A stretch of DNA of 64,000 nt from Deltaproteobacteria bacterium (GTDB lineage Bacteria; Desulfobacterota; Desulfobacteria; Desulfobacterales; QNYZ01). The stretch lies in NCBI GenBank assembly GCA_003973265.1, contig QNYZ01000094.1, forward strand, positions 1,804 to 65,803. Direction: 5' to 3'. Shown here piece after piece: positions 46,247 to 55,181 of the stretch. A program made the position numbers and the translations under genes. Each line of letters opens with the position of its first letter. Position 1 is the first letter of the stretch. The notes beneath the pieces were generated by a model that worked only from the letters and a program-made list of their open reading frames with translations, did not search any database and had not been told where the DNA came from.

Positions 46247-47584
46247 ATGGACAGCCCGGTTCGACGCCACCATTTAAAGACCCTTACCAAAACCGACAGA
46301 GATGCGCTGCTCAACCGCACCGAGAGCAACCTGGGGCGGTATCTGACATCGGTCGGACCGATCATAGATGCGGTAAAAGAATCCGGAGACGAGGCATTGG
46401 TCAGATTTGCCCGCGATTTTGACCAGGTGGAGCTGACAACCGGTTCGATCCGGGCCCGTCCGGAAGACTTTGACGCCGCGTTTTCTTCGATCAATACCGC
46501 CAACCCGGAACTGGTCGATTCCATCCGCTTTGCCGCGGACAGCATCCGCATGTTTCATCAGGCACAGATGCCCGACCCCATGCGGATGAACGAGGTGCGG
46601 CCCGGGGTGTTTTGCGGCGAGAAAATAGCCCCGATTCCGTCGGTGGCCTGTTATGTTCCCCGGGGCAAGGGGTCGTTTCCCAGCGTGGTATTGATGACGA
46701 CGATCCCCGCCGTGGTGGCCGGTGTCAAAAATGTGTGTATCCTCACCCCGCCCGGACCGGATGGGTCCGTCGATGATGCCACGCTGGTGGCGGCCCGTAT
46801 TGCCGGGGTAGAAACCATTTATAAGTGCGGTGGCGCCCAGGCGGTGGCTGCCGCTGCCTTTGGCACTGAAACCATTCCCAGGGCTGATAAAATCGTCGGG
46901 CCCGGCAGCCCCTGGGTGGTGGCAGCCAAACAGGTGCTGGCCGATAAGATCGACCCCGGCCCGCCGGCCGGGCCCAGCGAGTCGATCGTGTTTGCCGATG
47001 AAACGGCCGATGGAAAGCTGGCGGCCCTGGATCTGATCATTGAATCCGAGCACGGCCCGGATTCTTCGGCGTTTCTGGTGACGCCCAGTGCCGAAGTCGC
47101 CGATGAAGCGCAAAAAGCGATCCCCTCGTATTGGGAATTGCTGGGAGAAACGCGCCGATCCTTTTCACAAACTGTCCTGGGAGGCTCCATCGGCGGGATT
47201 GTCCTGGCCGAAAATAATACCGACTGTATCCGTTTTATCAATGATTACGCTCCCGAGCATCTGATGATTCACAGCCTGGAGCCGTTTAGATACCTGGGAG
47301 ACATTCACCATGCCGGTGAAGTCCTGCTTGGCCGGCATACAGCGATTTCACTGGGTAATTACGTCCTCGGTCCCAATGCCGTTTTGCCGACTTCCGGTGC
47401 AGCGCGTATTCATTCGCCCCTGGGCGTACACGATTTTCTCAAGGCAACCGGGATCGGCTACGTCACGTCCGGCGCCTACGACGAGCTGGCCGCTCATGCC
47501 CACAACCTGGCCGTGTACGAAGGGTTTGACGGGCACGCCCTGGCTGTATCTGAGCTGAGAAAGAAGCTTTTATCCGGCGGATAA
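46247..47584 (+). CDS. Histidinol-dehydrogenase-family protein (HisD paralog with non-canonical active-site residues)
   Basis: The ATG at 46247 is preceded by GGAGG; the ORF track starts at 46208. HisD-family blocks are present: GGAQAVAAAAFGTE, DKIVGPGSPWV, AGPSE, SEHGPDS, APEHL, VLPTSG. Canonical SQAEH reads ESEH, and GDY...NHVLPT reads GNY...NAVLPT. Confidence 0.8.
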   Translation: MDSPVRRHHLKTLTKTDRDALLNRTESNLGRYLTSVGPIIDAVKESGDEALVRFARDFDQVELTTGSIRARPEDFDAAFSSINTANPELVDSIRFAADSIRMFHQAQMPDPMRMNEVRPGVFCGEKIAPIPSVACYVPRGKGSFPSVVLMTTIPAVVAGVKNVCILTPPGPDGSVDDATLVAARIAGVETIYKCGGAQAVAAAAFGTETIPRADKIVGPGSPWVVAAKQVLADKIDPGPPAGPSESIVFADETADGKLAALDLIIESEHGPDSSAFLVTPSAEVADEAQKAIPSYWELLGETRRSFSQTVLGGSIGGIVLAENNTDCIRFINDYAPEHLMIHSLEPFRYLGDIHHAGEVLLGRHTAISLGNYVLGPNAVLPTSGAARIHSPLGVHDFLKATGIGYVTSGAYDELAAHAHNLAVYEGFDGHALAVSELRKKLLSGG

Positions 47585-47725
47585 CAACGGTGCGATCGCT
47601 TGACAGGGATACCGGTTAATTTTTAAGTTAGGCGCCCGTGGAAAGTCGGTCAGGGGTCGATTTTTTTTTGCAAGATGAATAAACGAAATGATAACCATTA
47701 AGAGAAAGAGGGCAAACAGAACGCC

Positions 47726-48835
47726 GTGACATCGCCATTACCCGTCGTTGAGCTTCGTGATGTTTCCAAATCATTTGGCAATGTCCGCGCGGTAAAAAAC
47801 GTCAGTTTCACCCTGCCCAGGGGATCGGTATTAACGATTCTCGGCCCCAGTGGCTGCGGGAAAACCACCCTGTTGAGGATGATTGCGGGGTTTGACGCGC
47901 CCACCAGCGGCGAGATCTTTATCCAGGGGCAGCCGGTCTCATCGGTTCCCCCTTATCAACGGTCCATCGGGATGGTCTTTCAGAAACTGGCCCTGTTTCC
48001 CCATATGACGGCCGCGGAAAACATCGCCTATCCCTTGAAAATGCGCCGGTATGACCCGGCCACCATCCCTGGCCGGGTGGAACGGTATCTGCAGATTGTC
48101 CAGCTTTCCGGGATGGGTACACGGCGCATTCATGAGCTTTCCGGCGGTCAGCAGCAGCGGGTGGCCATTGCCCGGGCGCTTTCTTTCAGCCCGGACCTGT
48201 TGCTTCTCGACGAACCGTTGTCGGCGCTGGATAAAAAACTGCGCGAGGAAATGCAGCTGGAATTTCGGCGGATTCAGCAGGAGCTGGCCGTCACCACCAT
48301 TAACGTGACGCATGACCAGCGGGAAGCCCTGGTGATGTCCGATGAAATCATCGTGATGTCGGACGGCGCGGTTCAGCAGGCGGCTGATCCGGTCCGGCTT
48401 TACCGGGAACCGTCCAGCCGGTTTGTGGCCAGCTTTATCGGGCTGACCTCTTTGCTGACCGGCCGGGCAACAAAGATCCAGGCGATGGATGTGGCCATCC
48501 AGGTGGGAAACATGGTTTTGAAAGGCCGGACGGCAGATGAAACCATCCAAAACGGTGCCTGGGTCGAATGTGCCCTTCGTGCCGAACAGGTTCGTATTTT
48601 TCCAGCGGGTAAAGGTTTCGCCGAGTTCGACAATGCCCTGGAAGGGGTGGTTGATCAACAGATATTTGAAGGGGATCGGATGGTCTACCAGGTTCGATGT
48701 CCGGCCCTGGGCGATGCGCCGATCTTTGTCTTTGATCACGATCCGGCCCATCACCAGTTTCACCAGAAAGACGATTCGGTACGTATCGGTTGGAATGCAC
48801 AGGACCTGCTTGTCTATGCGTGTTCTGATGCGTAG
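47726..48835 (+). CDS. ABC transporter ATP-binding protein (PotA/CysA-like, with C-terminal TOBE-like domain)
   Basis: 369-aa ORF with a GTG start. Walker A GPSGCGKTT, signature LSGGQQQR, Walker B LLLLDEP. Confidence 0.92.
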   Translation: MTSPLPVVELRDVSKSFGNVRAVKNVSFTLPRGSVLTILGPSGCGKTTLLRMIAGFDAPTSGEIFIQGQPVSSVPPYQRSIGMVFQKLALFPHMTAAENIAYPLKMRRYDPATIPGRVERYLQIVQLSGMGTRRIHELSGGQQQRVAIARALSFSPDLLLLDEPLSALDKKLREEMQLEFRRIQQELAVTTINVTHDQREALVMSDEIIVMSDGAVQQAADPVRLYREPSSRFVASFIGLTSLLTGRATKIQAMDVAIQVGNMVLKGRTADETIQNGAWVECALRAEQVRIFPAGKGFAEFDNALEGVVDQQIFEGDRMVYQVRCPALGDAPIFVFDHDPAHHQFHQKDDSVRIGWNAQDLLVYACSDA

Positions 48836-48874
48836 GACTGTTTAATGGATTCAATCAGAAAAAGGAGAAGTGGA

Positions 48875-49975
48875 ATGAGAAAGTTTGACAATGTCCCGAA
48901 AATTAACCGGCGCCAGTTTTTAACCGGTACGGCGGCAGTTGTCGGCAGTGCGCTGGTCTGCCCCGGCCTTGTTTTTGCCGATCAGAAAAAACCAAAGGAA
49001 ATAATCGTCCGTGCCTGGGGCGGTGCCTGGGGGGATGCGCTCAAGGCCGGAGTGGCCGACGGGTTCACCGCCGCCACCGGTATCAACGTGCGCATGGATT
49101 TTACCGAAGACAATGAGATCAAACCCAAAATCTGGGCAGCGGTTGATCAGGGACGGATCCCGCCGATTCATGTTAACTGGGACACCACCACCAATGCCAC
49201 CATATCAGCCCTGCGCGGTGTTACCGTTGACCTGAGCGACCTGTCCAACCTGAAAGGCCTGCTGCCGCTGGCCAAACCGATCGGACTGGACGGGTACCCG
49301 CTGGTCAATACCTATGCCTACGTCTATGTCTGCGCGTATCGTCCGGAAGCCTTCCCGGATGGCCCGCCCAAATCGTGGAACGTGCTGATCGATCCCAGGT
49401 TCAAGGGTCGCGTGGCGCTTTATGATGACGGTATCGGATTCAACCCAATCGCGGTGCTCGTGGGCGGTGGAAAACTTGAAGACATTCCCGACCACATGGA
49501 ACCCGGCTACGAGTTTTACCGGAAGCTGAAAAAGAACGAGCCGTTGCTGGGAGAAGATGCCGATTTTACAACCTGGTTCCAGAACGGCGAAATTGACGTG
49601 GCCTGTACAATCAGCGTCAATGCGCGGGCGGCCAAAGAAAAAGGGATCAGCGTCGCCTGGACGGTGCCGGAGGAAGGCTGCAAGGTGGATACCGATGGGT
49701 TGTGGGTGCCCAAGGGGCTGCCGCCCAATGAAGAATACTGGGCCAAACAGTTCGTCAATTTCGCGCTAACCAGGGACGCCCAGAAAAAGTGGTGCAGTAT
49801 GCTCGGGCTGCCGCCGGTCTATCCGGGGATTGAGCCGCCGGCCGACCTGGTAGGCGATATCTCCTACCCGACCAAACCCGAGGATTTCAAAAAACTGATA
49901 CGTATCCCGTCAAAGGTACTTGTCGAAAATCAGCCTAAGTGGTTCGCCAAGTTCAGCGAGATTTTTCAGGGATAG
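48875..49975 (+). CDS. ABC transporter periplasmic substrate-binding protein (family 1, PotD/PotF-like)
   Basis: The ATG at 48875 is preceded by AGGAG; the ORF track starts at 48845. Tat-like signal NRRQFLTGTAAVVGSAL. Size and position fit a solute-binding protein. Confidence 0.8.
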   Translation: MRKFDNVPKINRRQFLTGTAAVVGSALVCPGLVFADQKKPKEIIVRAWGGAWGDALKAGVADGFTAATGINVRMDFTEDNEIKPKIWAAVDQGRIPPIHVNWDTTTNATISALRGVTVDLSDLSNLKGLLPLAKPIGLDGYPLVNTYAYVYVCAYRPEAFPDGPPKSWNVLIDPRFKGRVALYDDGIGFNPIAVLVGGGKLEDIPDHMEPGYEFYRKLKKNEPLLGEDADFTTWFQNGEIDVACTISVNARAAKEKGISVAWTVPEEGCKVDTDGLWVPKGLPPNEEYWAKQFVNFALTRDAQKKWCSMLGLPPVYPGIEPPADLVGDISYPTKPEDFKKLIRIPSKVLVENQPKWFAKFSEIFQG

Positions 49976-49986
49976 CACCTGGGAGC

Positions 49987-50020
49987 GCCCGGCATCGTTT
50001 TTTGGTGCCGGGCCTTTTTT
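49987..50020 (+). terminator. Intrinsic terminator / attenuator hairpin after the binding-protein gene
   Basis: Perfect 8-bp GC-rich stem, GCCCGGCA (49987-49994) with TGCCGGGC (50006-50013), followed by CTTTTTT. Confidence 0.7.
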
Positions 50021-50031
50021 AATGAGACTTT

Positions 50032-50982
50032 ATGTCATCTTCTGATACGCCCTCATTTCAATATCCCCTTTCCTGGCGCATCCTCGACCGTGCCGAGTCG
50101 GTTGCTGGGCTGTGGCCAGGGCGGTGGTCATCCCTGACGGGCTACCTGTTTCTGGTCCCGGCGCTGCTGCTGGTATTTGTGCTGGTCATCGGCCTGGTTT
50201 ATATCTTTGATTACAGCCTGCACGAACTCGACCTTTCCACCTACCGGTTGAAAGATGCCTTCAGCCTCGTCAACTACCAGGCCGCGTTAAAAAGCGTCAC
50301 CTACAGGATAGTGGTGCTGCGGAGCCTGGGCGCATCAGCCATTGTCACTTTGATTACCATGGTACTTGCTTTTCCTTATGCCTATGTGATGGTGAGAACC
50401 CGATCGTCTTTTACCCGCAAGTTTCTGCTGATCAGTCTGTTCCTGCCATTTTTTATCGGCCAGGTTGTTCGCGCATACGGCTGGTTGATCATCCTCGGCA
50501 AAGAAGGGCTTCTCAATACTTTCATCACTTCCCTTGGTCTGCCGCCGGTTAAATTGATATACAACTACCCGGCCGTTATCCTGGGGCTGGTTCAATACAT
50601 GCTGCCCTTTGCTGTGCTGCTGCTTGCCCCGGCCGTGACTTCCATCTCCGAAGATATCGAACTGGCGTCCGAAGGCCTGGGTGCCAACTGGGTTCAGACG
50701 TTTCGACATGTGGTATTGCCCCTGGCCAGGCCGGGCTTGATCGGAGCCGGGGTGGTGGTCTTTACCCTCACGCTGACCGATTTCGCCATGCCGGAAATCC
50801 TCGGTGGCGGTACGACCGACTTTATCGCCAATTCGATCTACGACGGCTTTTTTCAGATTTCCAATCCGGGCCTGGGCGCGGCGCTTTCGATGATTCTTGT
50901 GACCCTGGGAAGTGTGATCGTCACCGTTGTTTTTTTCCTGGCCGGAACCGGTACCCTGGTTTCCACGGAGGGCACGCCATGA
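50032..50982 (+). CDS. ABC transporter permease
   Basis: 316-aa multi-TM ORF of the PotB/PotC-like permease type, in operon context. Confidence 0.85.
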   Translation: MSSSDTPSFQYPLSWRILDRAESVAGLWPGRWSSLTGYLFLVPALLLVFVLVIGLVYIFDYSLHELDLSTYRLKDAFSLVNYQAALKSVTYRIVVLRSLGASAIVTLITMVLAFPYAYVMVRTRSSFTRKFLLISLFLPFFIGQVVRAYGWLIILGKEGLLNTFITSLGLPPVKLIYNYPAVILGLVQYMLPFAVLLLAPAVTSISEDIELASEGLGANWVQTFRHVVLPLARPGLIGAGVVVFTLTLTDFAMPEILGGGTTDFIANSIYDGFFQISNPGLGAALSMILVTLGSVIVTVVFFLAGTGTLVSTEGTP

Positions 50983-51779
50983 CCGGGGCCCGTGGAAAAA
51001 CCATCGTTTTATGGTCCATCGTCTGGTTTAATCTCATCGCGTTGAGTCTGCCGACGATTATTATCCTGGGCGCATCTTTTACTTCCGGCGATATAGTCCG
51101 GTTTCCTCCGGACGGCCTCTCTCTGAAGTGGTATGCCAGACTCTGGCTCCTGGATGATTTCAAAGATGCGTTTTTAAGAACCCTTTACGTTTCCGTCATC
51201 TGCACCATCGTCAGCATCCCCGCCGGGACCCTGGCGGCCCTGGCCCTGACGCGGTACCGGATTCGGTTCAGGACGGCCATCCAGGTTTACCTGCTGCTGC
51301 CGTTCACTATCCCGCTGGTTGTTTCCGGGCTGGGGATGATGATTGTTTTCGGTGAAGTGCGCATCCTGGGGCAGTTATGGCCGGTGGGCATCGGGCTGTG
51401 CTGCATCAACCTTCCCTTTATGATGTGGGCGGTCAGTGCCACGGTAAACGCCCTGGACAACAACCTGGAAAATGCCGCTGCCAATTGCGGTGCCCCTCCT
51501 TTACAGGCCTTTTTAACGGTTACCCTGCCGGCCGTGATGCCGGGCGTTATTACCGGTGCCCTTTTGATGTTTATCCTGGCGTTCAATGAATTTCTTGTCA
51601 GCCTTTTTTTAACGGACGCACGAATTGTCACCCTGCCGGTATCCATTTACAACTCCATCCGCAGTGTGATTACGCCCGATCTGGCGGCGGTCTCCGTGGT
51701 ATATATTGTCATCGCCCTGTTTGCCGTCTGGCTGCTGGACAGGCTGGTGGGGCTGGAATTGTTCTTAAAATCAAAATAG
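50979..51779 (+). CDS. ABC transporter permease
   Basis: 266-aa multi-TM ORF. ATGA overlap with the previous permease gene. Contains the EAA-like loop NNLENAAANCGAPPLQAF. Confidence 0.85.
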   Translation: MTGARGKTIVLWSIVWFNLIALSLPTIIILGASFTSGDIVRFPPDGLSLKWYARLWLLDDFKDAFLRTLYVSVICTIVSIPAGTLAALALTRYRIRFRTAIQVYLLLPFTIPLVVSGLGMMIVFGEVRILGQLWPVGIGLCCINLPFMMWAVSATVNALDNNLENAAANCGAPPLQAFLTVTLPAVMPGVITGALLMFILAFNEFLVSLFLTDARIVTLPVSIYNSIRSVITPDLAAVSVVYIVIALFAVWLLDRLVGLELFLKSK

Positions 51780-51787
51780 CAGGTGAT

Positions 51788-53038
51788 ATGAATAAAATAG
51801 AACTGGTTTTCGGCGATGTCCAGAACAAACAGATCCAGACGTCCAATGATTTCGTCAGTCATATGGTTGAACATATCGCCTGGCGCATGGGGTGTTCTAT
51901 CCATCTTTGCTGGGAAGGTGATGACTGGACGGCACTGGGCCGGATGCTGGGCAGACAGATTCGGTCATTCCCAGCCCTTTCCGATACGGCAGCGGCCCTG
52001 GGCATGATGGATGACGGCAGCTCGGAAGTGCGGTTATCGCCGGATATTTTGGGTGCGGTTGAGATATTTACCGGCACTCAGATTGACAAAGAATGGTTTT
52101 TATCACAGCGATGCGAGCAGCTGGCATCCGGTCATGAACTGGTGCGCTTATTGAAAGGGCTGGCCCGGGGTCTGGGCATGAAGATTGACCTCAAAGTGTG
52201 CAGCTTCGAAGACCCGCATCATACATGGGAAAGTGTTTTTCGCGGCGTTGGTATTGCGTTGAACCGGCTCTTTTCACCGCCGGCTGGTTCGGCTGATTTT
52301 TCTTCTCCGGTAGAGACGGATATTCAATGCGGCGATATTGCGATTGCATCCTGGTCGGGTAACCAGGCTGAAATAATCCGGCATACAGCGGAAACCCGGC
52401 TGGATGTGATGGTTGATTTCACCGGGAACCGGCCGGTTGAATTTCAATATGAAGGGGTTCCCATTGCGCAATATGACGATACTTCCGCATTTGACGGGTT
52501 CCGTGAATTGCTGGAAATATTTTCCGGCACCGCCGGGTTTTCTTTGAAGGTCGGTTTCAGATCAAAAGTGCTCAGTTCAGGTCATGTTCTCCTGGAAGAT
52601 ACAGGGCTGGTCATTGGAAGGGCGCTGCGGGAAATTTTAATGAAACGCATGATGTCCCATGGGATCAATGGCGCCGGAAGCAGTCTTTTGCATCCGATCG
52701 ATTTCAGTCAACAGAAAATCACCGTCGGCGTCAGCGTGGAGGGCCGTAAATTCTGGCGATTTGTGCCGATGAATACCACCATTGACGCCGTTCGAAAAAG
52801 TCTGATAATCGGGCAAACCGTCCTGAACGGTCTGTTTTCCGAAGACCTGGATGATTTCCTGGACGGGTTATCCTGGGGGCTGGGGTGCAGTATTGTCATC
52901 CACATCAAGGAGCTGCCGTCGGCCGAAACAGCCTGGCGCATGGTTTTTGAAAACCTTGGATGGGCAGTGGCCGAGGCCTTTGAAGTCAACCCATATCGCA
53001 AGGGTGTTCCGCCGGGTGTCCGGGCGAATCTAACCTAG
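51788..53038 (+). CDS. Double imidazoleglycerol-phosphate-dehydratase-like (IGPD-fold) protein of unknown function
   Basis: 416-aa ORF, about twice IGPD length. Segments resemble IGPD blocks: FVSHMVEHIAWRMG (compare FLDHMLDQIARHG), EDPHHTWESVFRGVGIAL (compare ENAHHQIEAVFKAFARAL), IRHTAETRLDVMVDFTG (compare RETKETQIKVELNLDG), and SSGHVLLEDTGLVIGRAL (compare DDHHTVEDVGIALGQAL). Confidence 0.55.
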   Translation: MNKIELVFGDVQNKQIQTSNDFVSHMVEHIAWRMGCSIHLCWEGDDWTALGRMLGRQIRSFPALSDTAAALGMMDDGSSEVRLSPDILGAVEIFTGTQIDKEWFLSQRCEQLASGHELVRLLKGLARGLGMKIDLKVCSFEDPHHTWESVFRGVGIALNRLFSPPAGSADFSSPVETDIQCGDIAIASWSGNQAEIIRHTAETRLDVMVDFTGNRPVEFQYEGVPIAQYDDTSAFDGFRELLEIFSGTAGFSLKVGFRSKVLSSGHVLLEDTGLVIGRALREILMKRMMSHGINGAGSSLLHPIDFSQQKITVGVSVEGRKFWRFVPMNTTIDAVRKSLIIGQTVLNGLFSEDLDDFLDGLSWGLGCSIVIHIKELPSAETAWRMVFENLGWAVAEAFEVNPYRKGVPPGVRANLT

Positions 53039-53072
53039 GGGATCAACTTTTCCAACTGAACTGGAGGCCACC

Positions 53073-53852
53073 ATGGAACCGAAAATCGTTTGCCCTGATT
53101 TCAACCTGAAAGGGAAAAAGGCACTGGTGACCGGCGCGTCGCGGGGGATCGGCCGGGCCCTTGCGCTGGGGCTGGTCCATGCGGGTGCGAGGGTCGCGTT
53201 AACGGCGAGAAGAGAAGATGCGCTGATGCAGACGGCCAGGGAGGTGGAAGCAATCGGCGGCACTGCCGTTGTTCAACGCATGGACGTTACCGATACGGAC
53301 GCTATCCGGCAGGGAATCGGGGCTTGTGCCCGGAAGATGGATGGCATCGATATCCTCATTAACAACGCCGGATGCGAAAACGTCCGGGATTCGCTGGAAG
53401 TGACACCCGACCTCTGGGATACCATCGTCGATACCAATCTGAAAGGGGCGTTTTTCTGTGCCCAGGCCGCCGCAAAGGTCATGGAAAAACCGGACGGCGG
53501 CACCATCGTCAATCTCTGCTCGCTGACGTCCAGTGTCGGTGTGCCGACAGCCGTGGCCTACACCAGCAGCAAGAGTGGTCTTTTAGGTATGACCCGGGCC
53601 CTGGCCGCCGAATGGGCCGCCAGGAAAATTCGGGTCAACGCCATTGCGCCTGGCTATTTTCACACGGAAATGACCGATGTGTTTTTTCAGGACGAGGCCT
53701 GGGCGCAGGAAATGAAATCAAAAATTCCCATGAATCGCTTTGGTAACGTACAGGATCTGGTCGGTACAACGGTTTTTCTATGCAGCGCGGCATCCGATTA
53801 CATCACAGGCCAGATGATCACCATCGATGGGGGGTATCTTTCAACGCTGTAG
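53073..53852 (+). CDS. SDR-family oxidoreductase (gluconate-5-dehydrogenase / FabG-like)
   Basis: 259-aa ORF with TGASRGIGRALA, NNAG and YTSSK (YxxxK). Confidence 0.88.
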   Translation: MEPKIVCPDFNLKGKKALVTGASRGIGRALALGLVHAGARVALTARREDALMQTAREVEAIGGTAVVQRMDVTDTDAIRQGIGACARKMDGIDILINNAGCENVRDSLEVTPDLWDTIVDTNLKGAFFCAQAAAKVMEKPDGGTIVNLCSLTSSVGVPTAVAYTSSKSGLLGMTRALAAEWAARKIRVNAIAPGYFHTEMTDVFFQDEAWAQEMKSKIPMNRFGNVQDLVGTTVFLCSAASDYITGQMITIDGGYLSTL

Positions 53853-54098
53853 GTCAGCAAAACCCTTTCTCACGGTTAAGGATATCTGAACGCTGGCGGA
53901 ATAAAGGCGGTTTTTTTGGTAGCAGCGTCAAAATCAACATAACCATTGATTCAGTTGAAATCCGGATGTTTTTACCGGACGTCTGATGCGGGGCCGATGA
54001 TCTATCTGTTTTAACATGGGTATCTTTTCTTAAACTTTACCTGATAAAAATCCTTGAAAAAACAAATCCGAATGGGTATAAGCATAAATTCGCACTAG

Positions 54099-54175
54099 GG
54101 TGGGTGTAGCTCAGTTGGTAGAGCTCCTGGTTGTGGCCCAGGTGGCCGTGGGTTCAAGTCCCATCACTCACCCCA
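54099..54175 (+). tRNA. tRNA-His (anticodon GTG) with encoded G-1
   Basis: G GTGGGTG TA GCTC AGTTGGTA GAGC T CCTGG TTGTGGC CCAGG TGGCC GTGGG TTCAAGT CCCAT CACTCAC C CCA. The extra 5-prime G opposite C73 is the His identity element. Confidence 0.9.
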
Positions 54176-54188
54176 TTTTTTATTCATT

Positions 54189-54265
<77 letters not shown>

Positions 54266-54311
54266 GTTCACTTCGTGTTTTTCCAGTCGGCATGTTCATT
54301 TTTAAACGCCC

Positions 54312-55148
54312 ATGACAAAAACCCTCAGCCTGGGATATTCCACCTGCCCCAACGACACGTTTATTTTTCACGCCATGACCCATGGCCGGGTGGGCGATGA
54401 CGCCTTTGAGTTCCGGCCGGTGCTGGAAGATGTGGAAACACTGAACCAGAAAGCCCGGTTCCGGACCCTGGATGTGACCAAACTCTCCTTTGCCGCCATC
54501 GGGCACCTCACGGAAAGTTATGGTCTGCTTCGAAGCGGTGCGGCGTTGGGGCGCGGTTGCGGGCCGTTGATCGTGGCGCGGTCGGGAAAGGATTTGTTGC
54601 ATCTTGATCGATCGGCCGTGGCGGTTCCCGGTGAGTGGACAACGGCGAGTCTGCTGCTGGGTTTGTATCTCTCCCGCCCACCGGCGGTAACCGCCATGCC
54701 CTTTGACCGGATCATGCCGGCCGTGGCAGGTGGTGAGGTGGACTATGGCGTAATTATCCACGAAGGTCGGTTTACATTCGGGTCTTATGGCCTTACGGAT
54801 CTGCTGGATCTGGGGCAATGGTGGGAAGACGAAACCGGATTGCCGATTCCGTTGGGCGGCATTGCCATTCGCCGGGATCTGGGGCCATCGGTTGCTGCTG
54901 TCGTGGAGAAAATAATTCAAAAGAGCGTTCGATATGCGTTCGACCATCCCGAGGCGTCCCGGAATTATGTCAACGCCCATGCCCGGGAGATGGAAGACAG
55001 GGTTGTCGATCAGCATATCGGGCTGTATGTCAATGAGGATTCAGAACGTATCGGGTTTCAGGGGCAGGCGGCGATTGAGATGCTGTTTAAAAAGGCCCGG
55101 CAGGCGGGAATGATGCCGGAAAGCAGGGCAGACCTGTTTGCCTGCTGA
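54312..55148 (+). CDS. mqnD: 1,4-dihydroxy-6-naphthoate synthase (futalosine pathway)
   Basis: 278-aa ORF. LGYSTCPNDTFIFHAMTHG...DVETLN...DVTKLS is the MqnD N-terminal signature. Confidence 0.85.
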   Translation: MTKTLSLGYSTCPNDTFIFHAMTHGRVGDDAFEFRPVLEDVETLNQKARFRTLDVTKLSFAAIGHLTESYGLLRSGAALGRGCGPLIVARSGKDLLHLDRSAVAVPGEWTTASLLLGLYLSRPPAVTAMPFDRIMPAVAGGEVDYGVIIHEGRFTFGSYGLTDLLDLGQWWEDETGLPIPLGGIAIRRDLGPSVAAVVEKIIQKSVRYAFDHPEASRNYVNAHAREMEDRVVDQHIGLYVNEDSERIGFQGQAAIEMLFKKARQAGMMPESRADLFAC

Positions 55149-55181
55149 AACGGACAGCGCCAGGCGCTGGCAGATAAAAAA

